Below, piece by piece: positions 40,470-50,692 of a stretch of DNA of 64,000 nt. Location: NCBI GenBank assembly GCA_963666425.2, contig OY762825.2, forward strand, positions 352,001 through 416,000, in the 5' to 3' direction. Each line of letters starts with the position of its first letter. Positions within the stretch are counted from its first letter, which is position 1. Origin of the DNA: Bacillota bacterium. Its GTDB lineage: Bacteria > Bacillota > JAAYKD01. The notes under the pieces were generated by a model. The model did no database searches, was not told the DNA's origin, and saw nothing but the letters and a program-made list of their open reading frames with translations. Made by a program: the position numbers and the translations under genes.

Positions 40470-40500
40470 TTGATAACCTCCTGCGTTTTATCTCCTATTC

Positions 40501-40575
40501 ATTATACTAAAACGCAGCAATCGATTTCCATTGATTCATCTTACAATCAATCCGCTAACCTTACAATGTTGAAAG
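40501..40575 (-). promoter_or_regulatory. Response-regulator operator and -10 of the bceAB-like operon
   Basis: CTTACAAT repeated at 40540 and 40560; imperfect dyad CTTACA-N4-TGAAAG resembling BceR/GraR boxes; TATAAT at 40501-06 with no good -35. Confidence 0.65.
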
Positions 40576-40590
40576 CTTACCTGCGTTTTC

Positions 40591-41586
40591 TTATTCCACT
40601 TTCAGATCAACCGAATGCAAACAAATTTTCACTTGCGTACCTTTGCCAGCGGCAGATTCAATCTGAATAGAATGACCCAACTTCGCACAAATTTGTTTAC
40701 AAAGATACAAACCGATTCCAGTGGATTTTCTATCGCTTCTGCCATTATAACCCGTAAAGCCTTTTTCAAAAACACGGGGTAAATCCTCCGCTTGAATCCC
40801 AATGCCGCTGTCAGTAATAACCAGCGTTTCCTCTGCCACCATAAAAATGGAGATTTTACCTGCATTTGTGTATTTCAATGCATTTGACAGTACTTGTTCA
40901 ATGACAAAGCTTAACCATTTCTCATCACTGAGTATCACTGTCTTCACCTCCTGATAATCCAGGAGGATTTTCTTCCGGATAAATTGTTTGGCATATTTTC
41001 GAATGGCTTGCTTCAAAAGTTGGTCAAGATCGTATTTCTGGATCATGAAATCAGTGGAATCGCTGTCAAGACGCAGATATTGCAGGACCATCTCCACATA
41101 TTGTTCAATTCGAAACAACTCCTGCAATAATTCTGCACTTTGCTCGTTTTCTTCTGTCTGAAGCAACAATTGCATGGCCGCGATCGGTGTTTTGATTTGG
41201 TGGACCCAGGTGGTATAATAATCCATTCTAGCGCTGAAGCGAAGATCCATATGAGAAACTAACTTTATTTTTTCCTCATGAACAGCCCTGATTAAATTCT
41301 GATAATCCTGTTCAATCAGGTTGCTTGCCTGCACTAAGCCATCCACGGATAGTATGATGCTCTTACTCAATTCACAAATCTGTTTATGCTTTTTGGCGAA
41401 ATTGTGGTAATCAAGCACAGCAATCAGAAGGCCAAGACACAGGCACAATAAACCGGCATACAAAACTGCTTCCGTGGGTAAATCATAGAGTGAAAATACA
41501 GCTGAAAAAATCAGTAAAAAAGCCAACAGCAAGCCAATATAACCCCTACGGTATCGGTAATAAGCGTAGACGAGATTATTCCACAA
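40591..41586 (-). CDS. Intramembrane-sensing histidine kinase (BceS-like)
   Basis: Two TM helices with a tiny loop; WVHQIKTP, NALKYT, DSGIGI, GFTG, GIGLYL. Confidence 0.92.
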   Translation of the reverse strand: MWNNLVYAYYRYRRGYIGLLLAFLLIFSAVFSLYDLPTEAVLYAGLLCLCLGLLIAVLDYHNFAKKHKQICELSKSIILSVDGLVQASNLIEQDYQNLIRAVHEEKIKLVSHMDLRFSARMDYYTTWVHQIKTPIAAMQLLLQTEENEQSAELLQELFRIEQYVEMVLQYLRLDSDSTDFMIQKYDLDQLLKQAIRKYAKQFIRKKILLDYQEVKTVILSDEKWLSFVIEQVLSNALKYTNAGKISIFMVAEETLVITDSGIGIQAEDLPRVFEKGFTGYNGRSDRKSTGIGLYLCKQICAKLGHSIQIESAAGKGTQVKICLHSVDLKVE

Positions 41587-42247
41587 GGTAACCGATTCCT
41601 TTCTTTGTCATAATGGTATCATGCAGTCCGGCAGCTTCCAGTTTTTTACGCAGTCGGGTCACATTGACTGTCAGTGTATTTTCATCGACGAAACTATCGG
41701 TTTCCCACAAGCGCTGCATTAAGCTGTCACGCGTTACCACTCTGCCGTTGTTTTCCAGCAGCACTTGCATGATGCGGTATTCGTTCTTCGTCAAATCGAT
41801 ATTCTCATGCTGATATGAGATGGAATGATCGCTCAGATTGAGTAGGATTCCCTTGTGCTCCAATAAGTTGGTTTGTCCGGCGAAATCATAGCTGCGCCGC
41901 AGCATCGCCTGAATCTTTGCGGTTAAGACATGCAAGTCAAAGGGTTTTGCAATGAAATCATCTGCCCCCATATTTACGGCCATGACGATATTCATATTAT
42001 CCGCTGCAGACGAAAGAAAGATAATCGGCACTTTAGAAATTCTGCGTATTTCACTGCACCAATGATACCCGTTAAAAAAAGGCAGTATAATATCCAGCAA
42101 AACCAGTTGCGGGGCATATTCAGCAAACTGAGCCAGAATATTTCTAAAATCACCGGCACATTCGCATTGAAAATTCCAGGTTTCTAAATGATTTTTAATT
42201 GCATTCGCTATGATTTCATTGTCCTCAACAATGTAAATTTTGTTCAT
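41576..42247 (-). CDS. OmpR family response regulator (BceR-like)
   Basis: VEDN, LLDIILP, GADDFIAKPF, TLTVNVTRLR, GIGY. Confidence 0.93.
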   Translation of the reverse strand: MNKIYIVEDNEIIANAIKNHLETWNFQCECAGDFRNILAQFAEYAPQLVLLDIILPFFNGYHWCSEIRRISKVPIIFLSSAADNMNIVMAVNMGADDFIAKPFDLHVLTAKIQAMLRRSYDFAGQTNLLEHKGILLNLSDHSISYQHENIDLTKNEYRIMQVLLENNGRVVTRDSLMQRLWETDSFVDENTLTVNVTRLRKKLEAAGLHDTIMTKKGIGYLVE

Positions 42248-42433
42248 CGCTTCACATTCTCCCGATTTTGTAATTTCATTACTGTTATACCTTTCCTGTC
42301 ATGATCATAGAATTGATCGCAGCCAGAATGCACCATTAAGATAATCTTAGGTTCGACTGCGTTTGCCGTCAATCCTTGGTTTGTTTGACTTTTCATCAAA
42401 TTGTGCTTTCGCGCAAAGGTTTCGGAATAAAAA

Positions 42434-42490
42434 AAGACTGCTCCGGAAGCTGTCAGCAGTTTTTCAACCGATGGCTTCCAGAGCAGTCTG
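42434..42490 (-). terminator. Long hairpin terminator after the amino-acid ABC operon
   Basis: AGACTGCTC.GGAAGC / GCTTCC.GAGCAGTCT followed by a T run on the minus strand. Confidence 0.65.
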
Positions 42491-42517
42491 ATCCCAGGTT
42501 CGGTAGTAAGATTACTC

Positions 42518-43261
42518 TTATCTTTGCATGAAACGGGCTAGAAAATCCTTGGTTTCCTGTTTTTCCGGATGCACAAAAATCTGCTCCGGGCTGCCTTCCT
42601 CGCAAATCACGCCTTCGTTCATATAGACGACATGGCTGGCAACATCTTTGGCGAAGGCCATCTCATGTGTAACAATCAGCATGGTTAAGCCTTCCTCTGC
42701 CAGTGTCCGCATCACGCTGAGCACTTCTCCGACCATCTGCGGATCCAGGGCGGAAGTCGGTTCGTCAAACAGCAGAATTTCGGGCTGCATGGCCAGGGCA
42801 CGCGCAATCGCCACCCTTTGTTTCTGGCCGCCGGACAGCTGCTTGGGTTTGGCATTGATATAAGGAGACATGCCGACCTTATCGAGATAAACGCGCGCCC
42901 GCTGGTCGGCCGTCTTCTCATCCAATTTCAGCACTTGCCGCAAACCAACAGTGCAGTTTTTTAAAGCGGTCAGATTGTTAAACAAATTAAAACTTTGAAA
43001 CACCATGCCGACTTTCGCTCGATAGGCCGAAACGCCGGTCTGCCGCGCCATTACATCCTGATCATGGAATAAAATCTGTCCGCTGGAGGGAGTCTCCAGC
43101 AAGTTGATACAACGCAGCAAAGTGGATTTACCGGAACCGGAAGAACCGATGATGCAAATGACATCTCCCGTTGCTACGCTAAAATCGATATCGCGCAGCA
43201 CAATGTTGTCTCCGAATTTCTTGCTCAGATGTCGGACTTCAAGAATTTTCTCCTGGTTCAA
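42518..43261 (-). CDS. Polar amino acid ABC transporter ATP-binding protein
   Basis: [31 protein letters not shown]. Confidence 0.93.
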   Translation of the reverse strand: MNQEKILEVRHLSKKFGDNIVLRDIDFSVATGDVICIIGSSGSGKSTLLRCINLLETPSSGQILFHDQDVMARQTGVSAYRAKVGMVFQSFNLFNNLTALKNCTVGLRQVLKLDEKTADQRARVYLDKVGMSPYINAKPKQLSGGQKQRVAIARALAMQPEILLFDEPTSALDPQMVGEVLSVMRTLAEEGLTMLIVTHEMAFAKDVASHVVYMNEGVICEEGSPEQIFVHPEKQETKDFLARFMQR

Positions 43262-44052
43262 TTGTAATGCGCCTCCTTTTTCTTGGCTTGGAAGCTGTAA
43301 AGTCCACTGGTATGCGCCAAGGTATCCGTTGTGGCTAAGTCGTAGCTGTCGTCGCAGTCCAGGCGGCTTTCCAGGAGCCGAAGCAAGCGCGAAGCGACCA
43401 GTGTCATCATTAAGTAGATCACCATAATGATGGTTGCAGACTCAAAATACAAATACAAGGCACCAACCACACTCTTATGCACAAAGAAAAGGTCGGTGAT
43501 ACTGATCACGGATAGCACGGAGGTATCTTTGATATTAATAATAAAGTTATTGCCGATCTGGGGTACGATATTGCGAAAGGCTTGCGGCAATATCACCTGC
43601 AGCATTGTCTGGAAGTGGGTCATCCCGATGGCTTTGGCACCTTCGGTCTGACCGGAATCCACCGACAGGATACCGCCGCGCACCGTTTCTGCCATATAGG
43701 CACCGGTATTGATCGAGACAATGAAAAACGCCGCCGTCCACATATCCATCGCCAGGGAAAACACAATGCGGGCTCCGTAGTAAATGAAAACCGACTGGAC
43801 AATCATCGGCGTGCCCCGAAACAGTTCGACGTAAGCATGCAGGATGAGATTGACGATTTTCAGCAAAATGCGTTTGGGCAAGCGATCATTTTGGTTGACT
43901 GGGATAGTCTGGACGATCCCCACCGCAAAACCGATGATGCAGCCAATCAGTGTGCCAACCAGCGAGATAATCAGCGTATTGCGGGCACCGGTCAGATACG
44001 AGGTGTGATATTTGCTCCAGCATTTCACAATACCAAGCCAAAATTCGGACAT
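43258..44052 (-). CDS. Polar amino acid ABC transporter permease
   Basis: [34 protein letters not shown]. Confidence 0.93.
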   Translation of the reverse strand: MSEFWLGIVKCWSKYHTSYLTGARNTLIISLVGTLIGCIIGFAVGIVQTIPVNQNDRLPKRILLKIVNLILHAYVELFRGTPMIVQSVFIYYGARIVFSLAMDMWTAAFFIVSINTGAYMAETVRGGILSVDSGQTEGAKAIGMTHFQTMLQVILPQAFRNIVPQIGNNFIINIKDTSVLSVISITDLFFVHKSVVGALYLYFESATIIMVIYLMMTLVASRLLRLLESRLDCDDSYDLATTDTLAHTSGLYSFQAKKKEAHYN

Positions 44053-44088
44053 ACAAAAGACTCCTTATCAGCTTCTTACTCTACGCAA

Positions 44089-44913
44089 TTATTCGGAGAG
44101 CGGTTGAATGGAAATGGCTTCATTCATCAGCTTTTCAAAATCACTGACGGTCATTTTTGCTAAAACACTGTTGATGACAGACAGCAGTTCCTTGTTCCCC
44201 TTTTTAACGGAAATACCCAGATTGACTTCTTCGTCGGATACCTGGAAATTGCCCGCAGCACCGGTAAAATCCAAAATGACCAGATCATCATAAACTTTTA
44301 CCGCAGCCATCGCGGTGGGTAAATCACAGACCACATAATCCACTGCTTTGGATTCCAGAGCGACCAACATCGAAGAAGCAGTCTCTTGAGCGGCTAGAAC
44401 ATTGGCATTGGCAATCTGTGGCAGGCAAACATCATACCAAACGGTGCCCAACTGAGACGTCGCAGTGCCGCCCGCTAAATCAGCAATGCCTTTGGCAGCG
44501 GCAAAAGCGCTGCTTTTGCTTGTCAAGGTAACAATGGAAGCATAATAGTAAGGTGTGGAAAAATCAACTTGCTCCAGACGCTCCGCCGTAATGGATTGAC
44601 CGGCAATTACAGCATCCACATCACCGGATTTGAGAGCGGGAATCAGAGAATCCCAATCCAACTTGACGATTTCCAGTTGATAACCTAGTTTTTCCGCGAT
44701 TTTCTTCGCCATCATCACATCGTAGCCGTTGGCATATTGAGAGCTGTCGGCAATTTTCACTGCATCATGGGTCTTTTCGTCCTGAGCCCAGTTGTAAGGA
44801 GCGTAGCTGCACTCCATGGCGACACGAAGGGTCTTTGGCTGTTTGTTGGTGTTGCAGGCGGCTAAAGAAAATACCAGAACCAGGAGTAAGAGAATAGAGC
44901 TAATCTTTTTCAT
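44089..44913 (-). CDS. Amino acid ABC substrate-binding lipoprotein (probably lysine)
   Basis: Lipobox LAAC; YAPYNW, GYDV, WDSLIPAL, T.ER...DFS; lysine riboswitch upstream. Confidence 0.9.
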   Translation of the reverse strand: MKKISSILLLLVLVFSLAACNTNKQPKTLRVAMECSYAPYNWAQDEKTHDAVKIADSSQYANGYDVMMAKKIAEKLGYQLEIVKLDWDSLIPALKSGDVDAVIAGQSITAERLEQVDFSTPYYYASIVTLTSKSSAFAAAKGIADLAGGTATSQLGTVWYDVCLPQIANANVLAAQETASSMLVALESKAVDYVVCDLPTAMAAVKVYDDLVILDFTGAAGNFQVSDEEVNLGISVKKGNKELLSVINSVLAKMTVSDFEKLMNEAISIQPLSE

Positions 44914-44935
44914 TTTAATCATCCTTTCCTACTAT

Positions 44936-44975
44936 AAAAAAAACATGAGTATTTTCACTTAAGAAAACACTCATG
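44936..44975 (-). terminator. Riboswitch expression-platform terminator
   Basis: CATGAGTGTTTTC/GAAAATACTCATG followed by T8, between the aptamer and the start codon. Confidence 0.8.
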
Positions 44976-45009
44976 ATCCCGTGCCTGTATCAATACAATA
45001 ACACGATCG

Positions 45010-45172
45010 ATGATAGCGCTCCACCTAAGTGACAGTCTGCAGCATATTTTACTGCAGCCCAGCATCTCCTGTTCAGACAAATCAGGAAACACTTCGGCGA
45101 AGCTCCCCGTTCAGCATCGGCCGATGTTCTGTCGTCGCCGCTGCTTACTGATGGTCTTCGCTCCTCTATCTT
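45010..45172 (-). ncRNA. Lysine riboswitch (L-box)
   Basis: GATAGAGGAGCG...AGTA...GGGGAG...CGCCGAA...CTGGG...ACTGTC...GGAGCGCTATC with closing P1; promoter TTGACA-17-TAAAAT at about 45197-45225. Confidence 0.92.
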
Positions 45173-45249
45173 TTCATATTTTTTTGTTATAACATCTATT
45201 TTAACACATTACAAAACGCTTGTCAAGCAAATTTCAGAATTTTGGAAAT

Positions 45250-46569
45250 TTATACGCGCTGTGCCTCATACTGCCGCAGCAATTTGACAAAGAGTTCCGG
45301 CACCTTTCGCATATTCTCCGGTGTTTCTACGAAGGAGATGCGGAATTGTGTGCTGCCGGGGTTCTTCTCGCCTTTGGGGATATCATAAAATCCTTTTAAT
45401 GGCGCTAACAACAAGGTTGTCTCTACGCCGCCGCAGTTTACCGAACCTTTTTGAGCGCAGTATAAGACAAAATCAACGCTGTCAAATCCCGCTTTGACGA
45501 TCTTTCTGACATCAATCACCGTATAAATCGAGGCATCCGGACTGGAGACGATCAGATCAGGTTCCTCCGCCAATAAGGCATCATGTACTTCAAAGATCAT
45601 TTTCTGATAATAATCGCGATTGCTTTTACACCAACTGGCGATCTCTTCTTTGCTTTCATGGGCGAGAGCGCCAAAAATATATTGACCAATGACATTAGAG
45701 CAGAGATTTGTCGTGTATTCTGCCACAGAACGATCGTTGAATTCCGGACTGTCTGTAATCAAAGCGCCTACCCGTAAACCGCAGGCATTCCATACTTTAG
45801 AAGCAGTCTCAATACTGATTCTTCTGCCTTCGATGCCGGCTACTTCAGCATCCGTGATTCCCCAAATACTGACCAGGTCCTTGCCGCCGGTATAATATAA
45901 TTCGCGGTAGGCCTCGTCACTGATCATCCACATATTATATTTGACACAAAGCGCTGCCAAAGCTTTGAGTTGTTCATAATCATAAAGCTGGCCGGTTGGA
46001 TTGTCATAAGGAATCACCAACATGGCGCCGGGCTTGCTTGCCTGAATTGTTTTTTCAATTTCCGCAAGAGAAGGCAGACTGAATTTACCATCATTGGATA
46101 AACCGCGTTTGACGGTGACTGTCTTGCGCCCAACTCGCTGTGCAAATGAGATATAATTGGTATAAGCCGGGTCGATCATCAGCAACGGTTTTTCTTCCGA
46201 ACCGGCAGGGCCACAGACGCCCAAAATAACCAATTCCATCCCGGAAGAACCGCCGTCGGTCACCTGAACGGCTAATTTGCTGGTATCGAAACCCTCGCAG
46301 GCCAGGATATTTTTAAACGCATTCTGGCATTCTTCGAAGCCCGCAGTGGTGGAGTACCTGACAACACCTTTGGCAAAGGGGCTGTCGGGTGCATCCAAAT
46401 GAAACATTCTTTTTTGCATGGCTGGATTGGTTGGTAATGAAACATTGCCAATACCAACATTGATCACCGCCGCCGGTTTGTTTTGACGTTCTTCATATTT
46501 CATCTGAGCCAATCGCACGGCTGATGGTTTTCTTGATTCAAAATGAGTTGACAATTCCGGTTTACTCAT
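45250..46569 (-). CDS. PLP-dependent class I/II aminotransferase
   Basis: DPAY, DNPTG, SDEAY, TASKVWNACGLRVG (PLP lysine), FRISF. Confidence 0.88.
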   Translation of the reverse strand: MSKPELSTHFESRKPSAVRLAQMKYEERQNKPAAVINVGIGNVSLPTNPAMQKRMFHLDAPDSPFAKGVVRYSTTAGFEECQNAFKNILACEGFDTSKLAVQVTDGGSSGMELVILGVCGPAGSEEKPLLMIDPAYTNYISFAQRVGRKTVTVKRGLSNDGKFSLPSLAEIEKTIQASKPGAMLVIPYDNPTGQLYDYEQLKALAALCVKYNMWMISDEAYRELYYTGGKDLVSIWGITDAEVAGIEGRRISIETASKVWNACGLRVGALITDSPEFNDRSVAEYTTNLCSNVIGQYIFGALAHESKEEIASWCKSNRDYYQKMIFEVHDALLAEEPDLIVSSPDASIYTVIDVRKIVKAGFDSVDFVLYCAQKGSVNCGGVETTLLLAPLKGFYDIPKGEKNPGSTQFRISFVETPENMRKVPELFVKLLRQYEAQRV

Positions 46570-46723
46570 GAGTTTGTGTCCTCCTAAACATCTCAATCTA
46601 AAATCATTGTCATCATATTAGCACTTTATTTCGCTAATTGCAAGATTTGAGTTGAAACTATTTTACTTTAAACCAGCTCAAATTCTCTGCTCTAAAAAAA
46701 TAACTCAGCTTGTTATATAAGTT

Positions 46724-46990
46724 TCAATCGGTGACCATACCGACAGAAATCCAACCGCGAAAGACATGCTTCGCTTTTTGCAGCACGACGGTGCGGCGAT
46801 AAACCTGCCCCGATACACTCTCCACACCGGGATTCATGCGTGCGGCCAGAAAAGACAGCAATTCTTCCCAGGCATAGGGTGGCTGATAAGCCAGTAACAA
46901 GGTCAGTTTACAGTGCTTCTTAAGACGATTCTTGTCCTTCCTATGAAGCCGGCACGATGTTAATCTTGGCCTATATTCCTTACGATTCAT
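46724..46990 (-). pseudogene. Truncated AlkA N-terminal domain (DNA-3-methyladenine glycosylase II fragment)
   Basis: LAYQPPYAWEELLSFLAAR..PGVESV....YRRTV; stops mid-domain with no HhH-GPD continuation visible. Confidence 0.7.
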
Positions 46991-47146
46991 TCTCCCTCAC
47001 CTCGTTCCAACGATAGTCTGAAAATTCGTCTGCATCTTCAGTCTCTACTATATTATGCTGTTTGCTCTTACCGATAGGACCTGGGTTAGAATCCTGAAAC
47101 TCGCTCGGTTGCCGCTGAAAGAGTTTAGCTTTTGCACAACTCATTA

Positions 47147-47204
47147 TTTTGAAGCCAAGGTGACCGTTTGGCACACCGCCGAAACCGCCGCCTTGGCTTC
47201 AAAA
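47147..47204. terminator. 14-bp inverted repeat after the pilin gene
   Basis: TTTTGAAGCCAAGG/CCTTGGCTTCAAAA, 30-nt loop. Confidence 0.6.
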
Positions 47205-47215
47205 ACTAAAATGCT

Positions 47216-48235
47216 CTATTGAACAGTCAAATCAGCAATTTTCACAGGTGCGCCATTCCAAGCTCTGAAGCCTGTATTGTTATTGGCGGGATCAATGGCG
47301 CTATCGATCTCAAAATTAGTCAGCAGGACTTCTCCGTCCAAGGTTAGCGTCAGCAATTTTTTTCCAGCACTGTCACTGTTTTCTACCGATAAGGATAGTT
47401 CTTTTTCAGCGGTCCACCAAGCGCTGTCTGTATGATAAGGGATACTTGTGTTTTTGATGGTGGATGTACTTCTATTCCCAATCCGCGCTAGAATTTCTGC
47501 TCCCAGGCTCTCGCTTTCACTTCCGCTCACTCTTTTTCGAATTACAATCTCACTATACCCCTTATCAAACTGCAGAACATAACCCGTGTCCCGGTTATTG
47601 TTAGCAGTATCAAGCGATGTTTCAAAAAAAAGCCCCACGCCGCCTGATTCAGTCGAATTTTCTCCCAACTGAAAGTTGGCTTTTAACGTATACTCCTCTT
47701 TATTATTGGCAATAAATAGTAAATCGCTGCCATTGGTTCCGGTTGAATTCAAACCATCTGCATTGATCGACCAGGTTGAACCTCCGCCACCACCCCATTT
47801 ACTGAATAAAAACTGATCTTTGGACAGATCGGCAAAATCATAGTAAACGATTGGATTTTCCGCAGTACCGGCAACTATTCTGTAAAGCCATTTTTGGCTT
47901 TCTATATGCCAGACAAATTCCGCATTTTTGTGCTGTGGAGTTAACATTGCATCCAAAAACTTATAATCCACGAGTACAGCCATCCGAAGCGGATTTGTGG
48001 CAATCCCTGTAAAAATATCACCGCCAGATTTATTCTCCAGTAAACCATATGAAGTAGTTGCCGTATTGAGCATATGCAGCGCAGTCTGGTCGGCTGCTAT
48101 TTGCGCTCGTTCAATATAACCAATTAGGCTTGGAATAGCAATCGCCGCAAGAATACCGAGAATTGTCAGTACGATAACCAACTCGATCAGGGTGAATCCA
48201 TCTTTGCTGCGATAGGCATTCGGTTGTTTCGGCAT
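47216..48235 (-). CDS. Type IV prepilin-like protein with a large C-terminal beta-rich domain
   Basis: G|FTLIELVIVLTILGILAAIAIP class III signal; ATG at 48235 after AAGGAG. Confidence 0.85.
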   Translation of the reverse strand: MPKQPNAYRSKDGFTLIELVIVLTILGILAAIAIPSLIGYIERAQIAADQTALHMLNTATTSYGLLENKSGGDIFTGIATNPLRMAVLVDYKFLDAMLTPQHKNAEFVWHIESQKWLYRIVAGTAENPIVYYDFADLSKDQFLFSKWGGGGGSTWSINADGLNSTGTNGSDLLFIANNKEEYTLKANFQLGENSTESGGVGLFFETSLDTANNNRDTGYVLQFDKGYSEIVIRKRVSGSESESLGAEILARIGNRSTSTIKNTSIPYHTDSAWWTAEKELSLSVENSDSAGKKLLTLTLDGEVLLTNFEIDSAIDPANNNTGFRAWNGAPVKIADLTVQ

Positions 48236-48391
48236 TTGCTTCTCCTTTATCTGTGAATGCATACTTTGATAATACCAATATATGGGATTTTTTTCTGCTC
48301 CCTCTTTGGCTAACGATTGATTAATTCATTTGGGCTATATTAGACTATCTCAAGAAATTCACTATTCAATCCCCTTTGGAAATCAGGTTTT

Positions 48392-50674
48392 TTATAAGGA
48401 GGCCACTATTACTCTGTCTCTGCCATTTTGCTTTGCTTGATAAAGGGCGGTATCCACACATTTTATGAGTTCTTGACTGGTCAAACCATGTTCAGGGAAA
48501 GCAGCAACACCAAGCGAAAGTGTACATTTCCCAAGTGGCTTACCGAGATGATAAACCAGAAGCTGTTTTACTCCTGTTCGAAGTTCCTCAGCACGAAGGG
48601 TGGTTTCATCCAAAGTAGCACCGGGTAAAACCGCTATGAATTCTTCTCCGCCAAAGCGGCAAACGATGTCCCCGCCACGGGTATTTTTTCTTAAAAACAC
48701 GCCCAATTCCCGGAGCAAAGCATCCCCCGCATCATGCCCGGAAAGATCATTGAATTCTTTAAAATGATCAATGTCAAACATGATCAATCCCACCGTAGAC
48801 TTCTCACGAGCAGCACGGCGCAGCTCTCTTTCCAGTGATTCTTCCATATAGCGACGATTGAAAAGACCGGTTAGAATATCCCGTATTGATTGCAGCCGTA
48901 ATGTTTCGCGAAGATTCAAATTTGATAAAGCAAGCGCAATATGTTCAGCTATTGTAACAATAAATTGTATTTTATGTTCATTATAAAATCCATTTGCAGA
49001 TTTCTGAAGATCCTGATCTTCTGAACCCGGATTCAGGTGTATCATACCGATGATTTCACCATTCGCTAACATAGGCACGCACAGATATTGACTATTATGT
49101 GGGTCCGAAATATGTCCACAGAGTAACCCTGGATGATTGTGATCAATGATATGAGGACGACCACGCCGAATTGCCCAGCAATTGATCGGTAAAAATGTCT
49201 TGTCTGTTGTCAGATTGCTACCCCACATTTCTATCGCCTCAGCTAAATCCTTTGATGGACTAATCAGATATAAAGCACCTTGACTTGTTGGGAACAACCT
49301 TTGTATATATTGAGCACTGAGAGAACAAGCCTCGCCAATATTCTGACAATTCTGGAGCTGCTCTCCCATTTCACTCAATTGGTTTAATTCACCTGTCCTT
49401 TCTTCAAGTTCCTTCACCCAAATGACCAATTTCCGGCTCGCTTCACTCAGCTCAGTTTCAGCTCGTCTCTGTTCCGTAATATCGATTCCTGTTGCAACAA
49501 TATACTCAACCTTACCCGAATGATCCAATAGGACTGTATTGATCCATGAAATGAGCCGAGATACGCCATCCTTTCTGAGCCAATAGTTTTCATGAATACT
49601 GGGGTAATTTCCAATCAACAATTTCTGAAACATTTTTTGAGTCAATGCCGTGTTGCCAGAAAGCGCATCCCAGATGTGTTGACCTTCCATCTCCTTAAAC
49701 GAATAACCTGTCGTCTTTTCACAAGCCGAGTTGAATCTGGTGATTACTCCTTCCTGGTTTAAAACCAGAATTAGTGACGCCGCAGTATCTAAAATAGCGT
49801 TTGTAAAATCGCGTTCTTTGGTTAATTCTTCTTCCACACGCTTCAGGTTGGTAATGTCTCTTATGGAAGTCAGCAATACCTGACTCTGTTCTTTGAAATC
49901 GATCAGGTCTGTGTTAATAAGGACAGAAATAACCTTCCCATCTTTCTGCCTAAATTTCGTTTCAAAATCACGCACAACACCTAATTTTTGCGTCAGATCG
50001 AGCAAATGTTGCCTTTCAGTAGTATTAAAATAAAAATCGCGGACGTTTTTCTCTATTAACTCATTTGCATTATAATCCAATAGTTCTTGCAACGCTTGAT
50101 TATTAGCGATCAAATTACCATTAAAATCTGTAACAGTAATTCCAATCGGAGCATTATTAAAAAGAAGATGATACCCGTCCTCGGTTTCTTTCAAATTTTT
50201 CTGAATTTTTTTGAATTGAGTCACGTCATGGATGGAGGTTAACAGAAGTTTTGTATTTTCGATATCAAGATAGTCTGAATTCAGTAAAACTGTCAAATAG
50301 GTTCCGTTTTTGTGTTTTATTTTTGTCTCAAAATTACTGACACGCCCAAACTGATTCAATAGATCCAGAAGATGATCGCGATCCTTTGAATCCGCATAAA
50401 AGTCAGTGATATTCATTGTAGTAATTTCTTCCGGAGTATAACCTACTAATTCTTGTAAAGCTTGATTGACATTTAGAATATCCCCATGTGCATTCGATAT
50501 TATGAGACTAAGCGGTGCAGTATTAAAGAAAAAATGGAATTTTTCCTCTTGTGTTCGTAAGGTCTCCTTTGTTTTCTGATACTGAACCTTTATCGCTTCC
50601 AGTTCAATCTTCTGGCTTTCCAGAATCTCGATCCGCTTGATTAACTGTTCTCGACTCCATTCTTGTTTATCCAT
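48392..50674 (-). CDS. PAS-PAS-PAS-GAF-GGDEF diguanylate cyclase
   Basis: Three PAS/PAC units; CWAIRRG...CVPM GAF; DILTG, RGGD I-site, RFGGEEF. Confidence 0.9.
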   Translation of the reverse strand: MDKQEWSREQLIKRIEILESQKIELEAIKVQYQKTKETLRTQEEKFHFFFNTAPLSLIISNAHGDILNVNQALQELVGYTPEEITTMNITDFYADSKDRDHLLDLLNQFGRVSNFETKIKHKNGTYLTVLLNSDYLDIENTKLLLTSIHDVTQFKKIQKNLKETEDGYHLLFNNAPIGITVTDFNGNLIANNQALQELLDYNANELIEKNVRDFYFNTTERQHLLDLTQKLGVVRDFETKFRQKDGKVISVLINTDLIDFKEQSQVLLTSIRDITNLKRVEEELTKERDFTNAILDTAASLILVLNQEGVITRFNSACEKTTGYSFKEMEGQHIWDALSGNTALTQKMFQKLLIGNYPSIHENYWLRKDGVSRLISWINTVLLDHSGKVEYIVATGIDITEQRRAETELSEASRKLVIWVKELEERTGELNQLSEMGEQLQNCQNIGEACSLSAQYIQRLFPTSQGALYLISPSKDLAEAIEMWGSNLTTDKTFLPINCWAIRRGRPHIIDHNHPGLLCGHISDPHNSQYLCVPMLANGEIIGMIHLNPGSEDQDLQKSANGFYNEHKIQFIVTIAEHIALALSNLNLRETLRLQSIRDILTGLFNRRYMEESLERELRRAAREKSTVGLIMFDIDHFKEFNDLSGHDAGDALLRELGVFLRKNTRGGDIVCRFGGEEFIAVLPGATLDETTLRAEELRTGVKQLLVYHLGKPLGKCTLSLGVAAFPEHGLTSQELIKCVDTALYQAKQNGRDRVIVASL

Positions 50675-50692
50675 CCTATTCTCCTTTTCAAC

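Noticed and set aside
46680-46726. Selenocysteine or readthrough of the alkA fragment's TGA
   Set aside because: The downstream frame does not resemble AlkA and stops again soon
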